Made by a program: the position numbers and the translations under genes
Source: Bradymonadia bacterium
GTDB taxonomy: Bacteria > Myxococcota_A > Bradymonadia > UBA7976 > UBA1532
NCBI GenBank assembly: GCA_046290225.1
Contig: JBKAGE010000076.1
Span: 1-64,000, forward strand
DNA: 64,000 nucleotides
Reading direction: 5' to 3'
The notes under the pieces: generated by a model
Databases searched by the model: none
What the model was told of the DNA's origin: nothing
What the model saw: the letters and a program-made list of their open reading frames with translations, nothing else
Shown: positions 42,308 through 52,842 of the stretch, piece after piece
How the letters are laid out: each line of letters opens with the position of its first letter
How positions within the stretch are numbered: the stretch's first letter is position 1

Positions 42308-43983
42308 GTGAGGGCCTGCTCTTCAAGCAGCTCGATGATGCGCGCCACGGCCTGGGGGTGCTCGAGCTCGGCCACACTCATGGGCAGCTCGCTCCACGGC
42401 ATGGTGTCACCTTCAGGCATCGTGAATCCCGCGCAGAGCACGGGCTGTCCGCTTTGGATCGCCAGTCGAGCCACGGCACATGCTCGGCGACAGGCTTCTG
42501 CCCCGCGGGGATCCTCCAAATCGGCGTTGAGCTCGGCTGCGAGACGCTCGGGGGTCACCAACAGACTCTTGCGGCCCCATCGAGCCAGGGCATCGTGTAC
42601 CTGCTCGGCGAGGGCTTCGTGAGGGCCGAGTTCGAGGGCAAAGGCCGAACTTGCGACCCCCTCAGGGCGCTGCTGCGCCGAGGGTCGATCCACCAACATG
42701 CCGGCCCCTACAGTGGCGCAGGTGGCTCGATCGATGAGCACAAAGGCCCCTGTGGTCCGATTTCGCGTGTACGGATCCCAGATGAGGGGCTGATCTGTGC
42801 GCAGCGTCACCCGGCCGATGTCGTTGAGTTCGAGTTGATCGGTTTGTCGCCGTCGGAGGGTGGACATCTCCACGGCATAGCGTACCCCCGTGACTGATCC
42901 AGGCACGGTACGCCCAGTATGTTGCACCCAATATCGACGACCTGGGGTCAGGGCCGCTTCCGACATCCAGACCATCATGGCCTCGAGCTCTGTGTCGAGG
43001 TGGGGCGTATTGTGTGCCCCAGCGATCATGTCGCCTCGGGTGAGATCGAGCTCGTCGGCGAGGGTGATGGCCACCGCCTGGGGGGCCTGAGCGCTGTCGA
43101 CCACCCCTTTGGGGGTACGGATCCCGGTCACAGTGCTGGTCTTGCCCGAAGGCAGGGCCACCACCTCGGCGCCTGTACGCAAGATGCCTGCGGCGAGGGT
43201 GCCCGCAAAGCCCCGATAGGTGTGATCGGGTCGAATCACGCGCTGTACGGGCAGCCGCAGATCGATGAGGTTGGCGTCACCGGCGACGTGCACCGTCTCG
43301 AGGGCGCCGAGCAAGGTGCTCCCGGTGTACCAGGGCATGCGGTGGCTGCGATGCACCACGTTGTCGCCTTCTCGGGCACATACAGGCACGAACTGCACAT
43401 CATCCACCTGCAAACGCGCCGAGAACTCGGTGAAGGCGCGCCGCACCGACTCGAAGGCCTCTGCCTCGAAGTCCACCAGATCCATTTTGTTTACGGCGAT
43501 GAGCAGATGCTTGATGCCCAACAGGCTGCAGATGAAGGCGTGGCGCCGGGTCTGCTCAAGCATGCCCTGAGTGGCGTCCACCAGGATCACCGCCAGCTGA
43601 CAGTGAGAGGCCCCGGTGGCCATGTTCCGGGTGTACTGCACATGGCCGGGGCAGTCGGCGATGATGAAGCGCCGCCTCGCCGTGGAGAAATAGCGCCAGG
43701 CCACGTCGATGGTGATGCCCTGCTCCCGCTCCGCCCGAAGGCCGTCGACGAGCAGGGCCATGTCGAGGGCCTCACCGGTGGTGCCGTATCGGGCAGAGTC
43801 GCGCTCCAGGGCGGCGAGATGATCGTCGAAGACCAGCCGGGCGTCGTGCAACATGCGGCCGATGAGGGTGCTCTTGCCATCATCGACGCTGCCACAGGTC
43901 AAAAACCGCAGCACGGTGCGGGCACGGTACGACTCGAGGAACGCCTCGAGCCCCATCTGTTCGAGGGCTTGGGCCTCGTTCAT
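42304..43983 (-). CDS. cysN: Sulfate adenylyltransferase subunit 1 with a degenerate APS-kinase-like tail
   Basis: TCGSVDDGKSTLIGR, AEREQGITIDVA, DCPGH, NKMDL. Start ATG 43983 overlaps the cysD stop. Confidence 0.95.
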   Translation of the reverse strand: MNEAQALEQMGLEAFLESYRARTVLRFLTCGSVDDGKSTLIGRMLHDARLVFDDHLAALERDSARYGTTGEALDMALLVDGLRAEREQGITIDVAWRYFSTARRRFIIADCPGHVQYTRNMATGASHCQLAVILVDATQGMLEQTRRHAFICSLLGIKHLLIAVNKMDLVDFEAEAFESVRRAFTEFSARLQVDDVQFVPVCAREGDNVVHRSHRMPWYTGSTLLGALETVHVAGDANLIDLRLPVQRVIRPDHTYRGFAGTLAAGILRTGAEVVALPSGKTSTVTGIRTPKGVVDSAQAPQAVAITLADELDLTRGDMIAGAHNTPHLDTELEAMMVWMSEAALTPGRRYWVQHTGRTVPGSVTGVRYAVEMSTLRRRQTDQLELNDIGRVTLRTDQPLIWDPYTRNRTTGAFVLIDRATCATVGAGMLVDRPSAQQRPEGVASSAFALELGPHEALAEQVHDALARWGRKSLLVTPERLAAELNADLEDPRGAEACRRACAVARLAIQSGQPVLCAGFTMPEGDTMPWSELPMSVAELEHPQAVARIIELLEEQALT

Positions 43984-44879
43984 CAGAAATACCCCTCGCG
44001 CTTCTTGTCTTCCATGCTGCCCCCCTCGTCGAAGTCGATCACCCGGCCCTGCCGCTCCGACTCCCGGGCCATGAGCATCTCGCGCAAGATCCCGTCGATG
44101 TCCGTGGCCTCTGAAGGGACCGCCCCGGTGAGCGGGTAGCAACCCAGCGTACGAAACCGCACCTGCTGCATCTGGGGCACCTCACCAGGCTCGAGGGGCA
44201 TGCGCTCGTCGTCCACCATGATCAAAGTGCCATGGCGCTCCACCACCGGGCGGGGTTTGGCGAAGTAGAGCGGCACCACGGGGATCTGCTCGAAGCGCAC
44301 GTACATCCAGACATCGAGCTCGGTCCAGTCCGAGAGCGGGAACACCCGGATCGAGCCCCCACCTTTGAGGCGGGTGTTGTAGACATTCCACAGCTCTGGC
44401 CGCTGGTTGCGCGGGTCCCATTGATGCTGGGCGTCTCGGAACGAGAAGATGCGCTCCTTCGCCCGGCTCTTCTCCTCGTCTCTCCGGGCGCCCCCAAAGG
44501 CGGCGTCGAAACCGTGATGATCGAGGGCCTGCTTGAGGGCCAGCGTCTTCATCACGTGGGTGTGATGCTGGCTGCCGTGGGTGAAGGGGCCCACGTCGTC
44601 GGCCACCCCATCGGGGTTGATCCACTCGTGCAGTTGCACCCCGAGATCGGCGGCGAGCTGATCGCGGAAGCTGATCATCTCGCGAAACTTCCACCGGGTG
44701 TTCACGTGCAGCAGCGGGAACGGGATCGGCCCCGGTGCGAAGGCCTTCCGAGCAAGATGCAACATCACGCAGGAGTCCTTGCCTACGGAGAACAGCATCA
44801 CCGGCCGTTCGAAAGCGCTGGCGACTTCCCGGATGATGTGGATGCTGCGGGCTTCGAGATCGTCGAGGTGGGTATGCAT
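43983..44879 (-). CDS. cysD: Sulfate adenylyltransferase subunit 2
   Basis: [45 protein letters not shown]. Start ATG 44879. Confidence 0.97.
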   Translation of the reverse strand: MHTHLDDLEARSIHIIREVASAFERPVMLFSVGKDSCVMLHLARKAFAPGPIPFPLLHVNTRWKFREMISFRDQLAADLGVQLHEWINPDGVADDVGPFTHGSQHHTHVMKTLALKQALDHHGFDAAFGGARRDEEKSRAKERIFSFRDAQHQWDPRNQRPELWNVYNTRLKGGGSIRVFPLSDWTELDVWMYVRFEQIPVVPLYFAKPRPVVERHGTLIMVDDERMPLEPGEVPQMQQVRFRTLGCYPLTGAVPSEATDIDGILREMLMARESERQGRVIDFDEGGSMEDKKREGYF

Positions 44880-44995
44880 GGCGGCCACAGCGAACACGAA
44901 AGCACGGCCCCCTTGCAACCCGGTTCCTCTTCGAGAGATCACTTCCGGGTGATCGCTCGTCGACGCACTTCCCAGATCAACGTACCGAGGCCTTC

Positions 44996-45781
44996 ATGCT
45001 CGCCGTCGTCTCCCCCGCCAAGAAGCTCGATTACTCCCCTGCCCCCGAGGCCCTGCCCTTCACCCGTCCGGCCCTCTCGGAAAAAACCCGGGCCCTCGCC
45101 GAGGTCACTCGCACACTCTCCGCCGCAGATCTCAAAGGCCTGATGCGCATCAGCGACAACCTCGCCGAGTTGAACCATGGCCGATTTCAGCGCTTCATCC
45201 TCGACGAGAGCGCCCTCACCCTCGGTGAGCACGCCAAACAGGCAGCTCTGGCGTTCAGCGGTGACACCTATGTCGGTCTTCAGGCCAGCGAGATGAGCCA
45301 GGACGATCTGCAATGGGCTCAGGATCATCTCGCCATTCTTTCAGGGCTGTACGGGGTGCTCCGCCCCCTCGATCTCATCCAGCCCTACCGCCTCGAAATG
45401 GGCACCCGTCTGCAGACTTCCGCCGGCAAGACCCTGTATGCGTGGTGGGGGACCGACATCGCCGAGCGCCTGAAGGCCATCGTGGCCGACCACGACAGTC
45501 CGGTGATCCTCAACTGTGCGAGCAATGAGTACTTCAAGGCCATCGACACCCAGGCCCTGGGGGTGCGCGTGATCACACCGGTCTTCAAGGAGATCAAAGA
45601 CGACAAGGCCCGCACGTTGGGCATGTTCGCCAAACGCGCTCGGGGCATGATGGCGCGTTACCTCGTCACCCACCGCCTTGAAAACCCTGAAGATTTGAAG
45701 GGGTTCGATCTTGGCGGATACAGCTTCCAGAGCGATGGCTCGTCGGCGGACACATGGCTCTTCACACGCCCTCAACCTTGA
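44996..45781 (+). CDS. yaaA: Peroxide stress protein YaaA (DUF328)
   Basis: SPAKKLD, ILSGLYGVLRPLD, YRLEMG, NCASNEY, AKRARGMMAR. Confidence 0.95.
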   Translation: MLAVVSPAKKLDYSPAPEALPFTRPALSEKTRALAEVTRTLSAADLKGLMRISDNLAELNHGRFQRFILDESALTLGEHAKQAALAFSGDTYVGLQASEMSQDDLQWAQDHLAILSGLYGVLRPLDLIQPYRLEMGTRLQTSAGKTLYAWWGTDIAERLKAIVADHDSPVILNCASNEYFKAIDTQALGVRVITPVFKEIKDDKARTLGMFAKRARGMMARYLVTHRLENPEDLKGFDLGGYSFQSDGSSADTWLFTRPQP

Positions 45782-45954
45782 TTCTCACCACCGACGAGTG
45801 TTCTCTTCCGTGACAGTCAACTCGAGGTGGGTGTCACAGATTGGGCAGCTCTGCCCACCTCTTGGCCTTGATCCGACTTCCGCCGATGAAGGGGGAGACG
45901 TCTCACTGCTCCGAACCGAGTCAGTCGACGTGAACGCCATCAGGACGGGACACT

Positions 45955-48252
45955 GTGAGCCTCTTCGTCTTCAGCTCTGCGATCTGCGCGACCACCTTCG
46001 GCATCAATGCGTGTTTGTTGCTGACATGGTTCTGGCGCAAGCCCGATGCACGCATGCTGGGCCTGTTCAGCCTTTCCGTGTCCTGCTTCTTCGGTCTGGA
46101 GTTCATCTGGCGCCTGTCAGGTGATCCAGCGCACTTCGCCGCCCTGTATCCCACATACATGGCGATGATTTTGCCCATGGTGGTGCTGTTCATGCACTTC
46201 GCCATGCTCTACGCCGGCTACGGCTCGGCGCCGCGTTTTCAGCGCACCGCCGGTGTCCTCTACGCCCTCGCGGTGGTGCTGGGTCTGTCTGTGTACCTCG
46301 TGCCCACCCCCAAGCCCATCACGCTCGGCGGCATCCAAGCGGTCGACGACATGCACCAGCACTGGTTGCTCATCATGGTGAAGGGGGTCGCCTCGATCTT
46401 CAGCATGGCCGTGGGCGCGCTGTTGGTGCGGGCGATGCTCAACCAGACCCACCCCGACGAGCGGCGGCGCCAGAAGATGCTGACTCGGCTCGCAGTGCTC
46501 AGCGTCGTGTGCCTCGTCCCCCTCGAGGTCTCCCGAGTGATTCTGTCGTGGGATCTGCCGAACCTCTCTTCCACTGTACTGCCCCTCTACAGCGTCGCGT
46601 TGATCTGGAGCCTGATTCAACGCACCCCCTTCGAGATCTCGCCCCTGGCGGTCTCTCGCGAGGTGATGGACTGTATGTCGGAAGGGCTGATCTTGTGCTC
46701 ACCTACAGGGCAGATCCGCTACATCAACCCGTCGATGAAACGCATGACCGGGTGGGACATCGACGATCTCATCGATGCACCTTTGAGCCGAATCTGCCCG
46801 GATCTCGAAGAGCTGTTTGCCTCCTCGGACGACTACTTTTTGATGCACGCCAAGGAGACCAGCCTCCTGACCCTTGGTGATCGGCCCCTGCCAGTGCTGA
46901 TCTCGCTCAACCCGGTCACCAATCGTCAGGACCAAGTTCAGGCCCTCGTGCTCACCGCCACCGACATCACTGGCCGGCGTCTGAACCAGTTGGAACTGCA
47001 AACAGCGAAGGACAAGGCTGAGGCAGCCACTCGGGCAAAGAGCGCGTTCCTGGCCACCATGAGCCACGAGATCAGGACCCCGATGAACGGGGTCATTGGC
47101 ATGACCGGGCTGCTGGCAGAGACCGATCTCACCTCAGAGCAGACCGAGTACGTCGAGACCATCCGCCGAAGCGGCGACGCTCTACTGGCGATTTTGAACG
47201 ACATCCTCGACCTCTCGAAGATCGAAGCGGGCCGGGTAGAGGTGGAGCAACACGCCTTCAACCTGTACCGCCTGCTCCTCGACTGTCAGGAGCTGCTGGG
47301 CTCGAGGGCTCAGGCCAAGGGCCTCGAGTTCTCGGTGCAGATCCACCCGCGGGTACACAAGTACATCCGCGGTGACTCTGCCCGCCTGCGGCAGGTGGTG
47401 ATGAACCTGCTGAGCAACGCGGTGAAGTTCACCGAAAAGGGCTCGGTCAGCTTGATCTGTGAGCCCCTGCCCAACGACATGGTTTCCCTCAAGGTCACCG
47501 ACACGGGTGTAGGCATCCCCGAAGACCGGATGAACCGCCTGTTCCAGCCCTTCAGCCAGGTCGACGCTTCGATCAACCGCCGCTTTGGCGGCACGGGCCT
47601 GGGGCTGGTGATCAGTGAGCGCCTCGCAAGCCTGATGGGCGGCTCGCTCACGTGTGCCTCGGTGCTGGGTGAGGGCACCACCTTCACGCTGAAGTTCAAG
47701 GGCATACAGGCAGAGAGTCCTCAGCTGAGCACCATCGAGATGGGGGCCTTCAAGCCTGTGCAGACCACCGAGCTCTCGGTGCTCATCGCAGAGGACCACC
47801 CCATCAACCAGCGCGTGACGCAGAAGATGTTGGAGCGCATGGGGCTCAGCGCCGACGTGGCCTTCAACGGCCTCGAAGCCCTGGCCGCCCTGGAGCGCCG
47901 CCACTACGATGTGGTGCTCATGGACATGCAGATGCCCGAAATGGACGGCCTCGAAGCCACCCGACGCATTCGCGAGCGCTACGGCAAGTGCGGCACGCGC
48001 TCACCCGAGATCCACGATCGCTTCGGGCCCTACATCATCGCCCTCACGGCCAACGCCATGAAGGGCGACGAGACCCGCTGCCGAGAGGCGGGTATGGACG
48101 ACTACCTGAGCAAGCCCGTGAAGCCCATGGCGCTGTATCAGGCCTTGAGTCAGGTGGTGGTGGCCCCCAAAGACACCCCGCCTTCCGCTGACCCCATCCA
48201 CGGCGGGCCCACAGCAGCGGAGCCCCCACCGCCTCCGGTCGATCCTTCTTGA
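45955..48252 (+). CDS. Multi-TM PAS hybrid sensor histidine kinase/response regulator
   Basis: About 7 TM N-terminal segments, PAS, FLATMSHEIRTPMNG, NLLSNAVKFT, GGTGLGL, and receiver MDMQMPEMDG...KP. Confidence 0.95.
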   Translation: MSLFVFSSAICATTFGINACLLLTWFWRKPDARMLGLFSLSVSCFFGLEFIWRLSGDPAHFAALYPTYMAMILPMVVLFMHFAMLYAGYGSAPRFQRTAGVLYALAVVLGLSVYLVPTPKPITLGGIQAVDDMHQHWLLIMVKGVASIFSMAVGALLVRAMLNQTHPDERRRQKMLTRLAVLSVVCLVPLEVSRVILSWDLPNLSSTVLPLYSVALIWSLIQRTPFEISPLAVSREVMDCMSEGLILCSPTGQIRYINPSMKRMTGWDIDDLIDAPLSRICPDLEELFASSDDYFLMHAKETSLLTLGDRPLPVLISLNPVTNRQDQVQALVLTATDITGRRLNQLELQTAKDKAEAATRAKSAFLATMSHEIRTPMNGVIGMTGLLAETDLTSEQTEYVETIRRSGDALLAILNDILDLSKIEAGRVEVEQHAFNLYRLLLDCQELLGSRAQAKGLEFSVQIHPRVHKYIRGDSARLRQVVMNLLSNAVKFTEKGSVSLICEPLPNDMVSLKVTDTGVGIPEDRMNRLFQPFSQVDASINRRFGGTGLGLVISERLASLMGGSLTCASVLGEGTTFTLKFKGIQAESPQLSTIEMGAFKPVQTTELSVLIAEDHPINQRVTQKMLERMGLSADVAFNGLEALAALERRHYDVVLMDMQMPEMDGLEATRRIRERYGKCGTRSPEIHDRFGPYIIALTANAMKGDETRCREAGMDDYLSKPVKPMALYQALSQVVVAPKDTPPSADPIHGGPTAAEPPPPPVDPS

Positions 48253-50576
48253 GCATCCCTCTGGGCCCCTGGTCCCTCAGCCCTCGATATTTCGTCCGCA
48301 CCAGTGGGGTGCCCTTCGAGCGCATCGAGCTCACCGATGAGCATGTCGATGCCATCTCCGAGGCGCTGGGTCGCCTCGACGCATCCCACGCCCACATCGA
48401 GGCAACCGCGTCAGCAGCCCACCTATGGCTCGATGACGCTCCGGATGTACCGACGAACACACGGCGACGTCTTCGCCGCCACATCGCCCGACGTGTCCCT
48501 CTGCCTGAGGGGCTGAGCGCCCTCGATGCATGCCTCGAAGCCTATACAGATGCCCTTCACAGGCATGCTCGATCCACCCAGGCACTGACGACGTCGTACG
48601 ACGCGCTGCGCCTCACCGCCCGCGAGCAGCTGTGGGCCGCCTGGAACACAGAACAGGTGAGCGACGCCATCACCCTCTTGAGCCCGAAGGCCGCCGCCTG
48701 GCTGGGCAAGGGCAACTTCACCTCCGAGGAAGGCGCACGACAGCGCAAACTGGAGCGCCGGCTCTATCTGTATCTACAGCGTCTGTGCACCAAGGCTGAG
48801 ACTACGAGCAGCTTCGGCCCCATCGCCAGCGGCCAGGTGGAGCATGGCGCCACTGGTGTGCACATGCGCCATGGGCCTCGACTCATTACACAGGGCCGCG
48901 CCTATCCGTCGGGCTGGCTGGTCAGAGCTGTGGCGGCTCAGGGGGCTGTGCGCTTCGGCGACGCGTTGCCTGTGAGGCCTGCCCTCGACGTCGTGACGTG
49001 CCCTGACGGCACGTACCGATATGTCGACGTGAGCCCCTTCGAGCGTCGTTGGTTGCCTGACGATGGTCTGCGGAGCCGAACCCCGGCCACCCCTCGGCAA
49101 CATGCTGACGGCTTGAGCGCCCTCGCCGAGTCCTGGTCACACATCGACCACCCGGAGATCCGCACCTTCGTCGGCGACGTCGAGGCCCTGGCGGCTCAGA
49201 TCCGCGCGTTCCCCCTCACCTCGGGCGCTGCACGCCGTGAGGCCCTCGCGGCCATCGCAACACAGGCCGAGGCCCTCACAGGTGAGCCCGGGTACCGCGG
49301 CGCGGGTGAGATGTACGCCGATCGGATGCCCTTCTTCGAGGACTGTACTCGGGATGTTGAGCGGTTCGTCATCGGGCACGACATCGTACAGGCCATGGCC
49401 CCACTCGGCGCCGCCCTCGATCTCTGGCTCGGTGCCGGGGTCTCTCAGAGGCTGCACCTCGCCGACATCCACCACACATGGCGCGCCCACTGTTTCCCCG
49501 AAGCCCTGCAAGGCGAGCCGGTGGACATGGGGGTGTTCCTGCAGCGATATCATCAGGCCCTGCAGGCTGAAACACTCGAAGACGCCATCTTCGCCAGCCA
49601 GCATCGGCTCAACCTCACCCCGCCCATGCCAAGAGCGCTGCTCGACGCCATCGACGCATCACCCGATGCCGTGTGTCCCGTCGATCTCGAGGCCCTGCCC
49701 GGAGATCGTGGGCAGGAGCCCGCGGTCGCCTCTTTCGACGTACATCTGCTGCCCCCTTGCGATGGTCATGGCTGGCAGGTGGTTCTCGGCGAGGGTCATG
49801 CCATGGTGTGTGCCTTTCAGTTCTTCCTCGATGGCCTGCCCGATGAAGCAGAGTTCTACGCCGAGCTCGACGACATCTATCGCGCCGTCACCGACGACGA
49901 GGTGCTGCTCAAAACCTACGACACTTTCGACGCCAAACTCTCCTACCGGTATCTGTCACCTGCACTGGTGGACTTCGACCCTGGCGCTGAAGGCCCACCG
50001 GATCGGCCCAAGATCGGATGGGCTGATCTGAAACTGCACTTCGAAGAAGGTGGCTGGCATCTCTCCACCCCCGATCCGAGAGCGGACCATCAAAGGCGCC
50101 GAGGGCGGTTTCTGCTCAAGGCGCCTCGAGAGCTGGGCCCCGAGCACGCGCTGCCGGGCGTGGCGCTACAGGGGAAGGGCCTCCCTCGCCCCGGTGTCGA
50201 GTCATCCCCGAGGGTGGTCGACGGCGATCTGGTACTCTTCAGGCGCACCTGGAGGCTGGCCCCAGAACAACTGATGCGCTGTAACGCCCCCACCCGAGCG
50301 GCCACCTTTGCCCGAGTGCACCGGCTGAGATGCAGCCTCGAGATCCCGCGGTTCTTCTTCGTCAAGGCACCTGATGAGCCCAAGCCCATCTGGATCGACG
50401 CCTTGAACCCGGTGGCCATCGACCTGCTGATCTCGCTGGCACGTCACAGCGACCGCCCGCTGATCTGCTCGGAAATGCTCCCTGACCCCAGTCAGCTCTG
50501 GTTTAGAGACGACCGTGGGCGCTACGTCTGTGAGCTCCGCGCGAATCTATACCGACGCCAGGTGAATCATCGGTAG
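48249..50576 (+). CDS. Stand-alone lantibiotic dehydratase N-terminal-domain protein (small LanB/PEARL-like)
   Basis: YLQRLCTKAETTSSFGP, FFEDC, VVLGEGH, PRV...LFRRTW, PRFFFVK...EPKPIWID...N, SEMLP...LW...YVCELR. The protein ends without an elimination domain. Confidence 0.85.
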   Translation: MSIPLGPWSLSPRYFVRTSGVPFERIELTDEHVDAISEALGRLDASHAHIEATASAAHLWLDDAPDVPTNTRRRLRRHIARRVPLPEGLSALDACLEAYTDALHRHARSTQALTTSYDALRLTAREQLWAAWNTEQVSDAITLLSPKAAAWLGKGNFTSEEGARQRKLERRLYLYLQRLCTKAETTSSFGPIASGQVEHGATGVHMRHGPRLITQGRAYPSGWLVRAVAAQGAVRFGDALPVRPALDVVTCPDGTYRYVDVSPFERRWLPDDGLRSRTPATPRQHADGLSALAESWSHIDHPEIRTFVGDVEALAAQIRAFPLTSGAARREALAAIATQAEALTGEPGYRGAGEMYADRMPFFEDCTRDVERFVIGHDIVQAMAPLGAALDLWLGAGVSQRLHLADIHHTWRAHCFPEALQGEPVDMGVFLQRYHQALQAETLEDAIFASQHRLNLTPPMPRALLDAIDASPDAVCPVDLEALPGDRGQEPAVASFDVHLLPPCDGHGWQVVLGEGHAMVCAFQFFLDGLPDEAEFYAELDDIYRAVTDDEVLLKTYDTFDAKLSYRYLSPALVDFDPGAEGPPDRPKIGWADLKLHFEEGGWHLSTPDPRADHQRRRGRFLLKAPRELGPEHALPGVALQGKGLPRPGVESSPRVVDGDLVLFRRTWRLAPEQLMRCNAPTRAATFARVHRLRCSLEIPRFFFVKAPDEPKPIWIDALNPVAIDLLISLARHSDRPLICSEMLPDPSQLWFRDDRGRYVCELRANLYRRQVNHR

Positions 50577-50623
50577 GTCCAGGCGGGGCCTAAATCGCTC
50601 AAAAAACATCCCAACCCCCCCGT

Positions 50624-50637
50624 TCTGTATCTACAGA
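50624..50637. promoter_or_regulatory. Palindrome, possible repressor operator upstream of the secretion operon
   Basis: TCTGTA-TC-TACAGA in an AT-rich intergenic region about 100 bp upstream of the ABC gene. Confidence 0.3.
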
Positions 50638-50738
50638 TGGTGATTTTTGGGCCCGAGCATCACACGACTCAATAAACACGAAACCATTTTCGGCCTTATG
50701 ACATCAGATCCCGGTGGTCCCATGGTGGAGACAACGGC

Positions 50739-52841
50739 ATGAACATCTCGGTCAAGGCAGGCGACACCCCACTGCTCAGCGGCCTCGCCGCTGCGCTGTG
50801 CGAGGCTCTCGGCGCGCCAGCACCGGCAGAACTCGATCTGCTCATCGGAGGTCGGCTCATCGACGCCGATCTCGACCCCGAGCTGCGCCTCGAAGAAGCG
50901 CTTCAAGCCACGGGGCTTCGACCCAGTCAGATCCACGCCACCCTCACCGAAGCCCGCTGGTCCAGCGATCCTCTGGTGGCTCGAGCACCCGCATCGGACC
51001 ACTCGATCCGCTGGGTGGCCATCATCGGCGCCCGCCGGCGCAAGCTGAAGGTGGTCATCGCTGATCAGTCCGGCATCCGCCGCCGGCTGATGACCATGAA
51101 GGACACGGCCCAGCTGCTCGGCCTGACCGATCACCGCACCCCTGTGGCCTTCATGCAGGTCGAGGCGGCTCTGCCCCTCGAAGCTCTGCGACTCAGCGGC
51201 GCCCACCCCAACCCCTGGGAGCGGGTGAGGGCCCTGATGCGCCTCGAGCGTCAGGAGATCAGCACCCTCGTCGTCTACGCCGTGGTGGTGGGCTTCTTGA
51301 GCCTCGCCACGCCGGCGGCGGTGCAGACGCTGGTGAACACGGTGGCCTTCGGCACGCTGCTGCAACCCCTGGTGGTGCTCACAGCGGTGCTCTTCATCTG
51401 TCTGGCCTTCTCCGGCGTGCTCCGGGTGTTGCAGTACTATGCCGTGGAGATTTTGCAGCGGCGCCTGTTCGTACGGGTGGTGCTCGATCTCGCAGGGCGC
51501 CTGCCCCAAGTCGACGAGCGCATGCTGGGCAAATACAACATGCCCGAGCTGGTGAACCGCTTCTTCGATGTGGTCACGGTGCAGAAGTCGGCCTCGAAGC
51601 TGCTCCTCGACGGCCTCGAGCTGGGTCTGCAGACCCTCATCGGCATGATCTTGCTGGCTCTGTATCACCCCTTGCTGCTGGCCCTCGACGTGGTGCTCAT
51701 CGGCGCCATGCTCGTGGTGCTCTTCGTCATGGGGCGCGGATCGAGCCGCACCGCCCTCGCGGAGTCGGACGCCAAGTACGCCGTGGCGGCGTGGCTCGAA
51801 GACGTGGCGGCGCAGCCTCAGGTCTTCCGGTCAGGCAAGGGGGCCCAGGCGGCCCTGGAGCGGGCCAACGGCCTCGCCACCACCTACCTCGCCCGGCGCA
51901 ATGACCACTACCGCATCGTGTTGCGACAGTTCATGGGCGGCGTGGGCATTCAGGTGGTGGCCAACACCCTGGTGCTGGGCATCGGCGGCTGGCTGGTGCT
52001 CGACGGGCAGCTCACCCTGGGTCAGCTCGTGGCCTCCGAGCTCATCGTCGCCCTCGTGGTGGCCGGTATGGCCAAGATCGGCAAGCAGCTCGAGACCCTC
52101 TACGATCTCGTCGCCGGCCTCGCCAAGATCGGCAAGCTCGTCGACCTGCCCCTCGACCACAGGCGCGATCACGCCAGCTCGTCACCTTCGGGCACCGCCC
52201 TCACGCTGCAAGACGTGGCTCTGCCCTCTGGCGTGAAGATCCCCGACATGGAGATGCGCCCTGGTGATCGCCTGCGCGTGCTGGCCACCATGCCCGACTG
52301 TCGGCGGCAGTTCCTCGGCGCCCTCGAGGGCCAGGTGCCCCTGGCCAAGGGCAGGATCCAGCTCAACGGTGAAGACGTGCAGCGGCTGTCGCCCATGAAC
52401 CTCGGGGACCACGTGGCCCGCATCGAGGGCCCGGCGCCGGTGAACGGCACCATCCTCGAGTACCTTACCCTGGGCCTCGACGGGGTTCGGGGCACCGAGA
52501 TCGACGCCGCCCTCGAGGCTGTGGATCTGCTCGAGACGGTGGGCCGTCTACGGGGCGGCCGGGCCACGCGCCTGATCTCCAGTGGCGCCCCTTTGAGCCC
52601 GGAGCGCTGTGCCCTGCTCGCCGTGGCCCGGGCCCTGCTCGCAGGGCCCCAGGTGCTCATCATCGACGACTGGCTCGACCGCTTGCCCCCAGAGCAACGC
52701 CGCCGCGTGCTCGACAACCTGAGCGCGTGGCCTCAACCCATGGTGCTCATCATCGCCACCCACCTCCCCTCGGACGCGTGCCCGTGGGATCACAGCGTGT
52801 GCCTGCAGGTGGGCAGCGACATCAACGGCGAGGAGGCCTGA
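50739..52841 (+). CDS. Type I secretion ABC transporter (TM domain plus degenerate nucleotide-binding domain)
   Basis: ABC membrane domain (LSLATPAAVQ, PELVNRFFDV, LTLGQLVASE). The NBD has ARALL...LIIDD but no Walker A. Confidence 0.88.
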   Translation: MNISVKAGDTPLLSGLAAALCEALGAPAPAELDLLIGGRLIDADLDPELRLEEALQATGLRPSQIHATLTEARWSSDPLVARAPASDHSIRWVAIIGARRRKLKVVIADQSGIRRRLMTMKDTAQLLGLTDHRTPVAFMQVEAALPLEALRLSGAHPNPWERVRALMRLERQEISTLVVYAVVVGFLSLATPAAVQTLVNTVAFGTLLQPLVVLTAVLFICLAFSGVLRVLQYYAVEILQRRLFVRVVLDLAGRLPQVDERMLGKYNMPELVNRFFDVVTVQKSASKLLLDGLELGLQTLIGMILLALYHPLLLALDVVLIGAMLVVLFVMGRGSSRTALAESDAKYAVAAWLEDVAAQPQVFRSGKGAQAALERANGLATTYLARRNDHYRIVLRQFMGGVGIQVVANTLVLGIGGWLVLDGQLTLGQLVASELIVALVVAGMAKIGKQLETLYDLVAGLAKIGKLVDLPLDHRRDHASSSPSGTALTLQDVALPSGVKIPDMEMRPGDRLRVLATMPDCRRQFLGALEGQVPLAKGRIQLNGEDVQRLSPMNLGDHVARIEGPAPVNGTILEYLTLGLDGVRGTEIDAALEAVDLLETVGRLRGGRATRLISSGAPLSPERCALLAVARALLAGPQVLIIDDWLDRLPPEQRRRVLDNLSAWPQPMVLIIATHLPSDACPWDHSVCLQVGSDINGEEA

Positions 52842-52842
52842 A

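Noticed and set aside
50698..50742. 14-codon ORF MTSDPGGPMVETTA (Ala-ending, overlapping the ABC start) as the PEARL precursor
   Set aside because: Very short, no RBS and no leader-like features; likely chance, although cheap to test.
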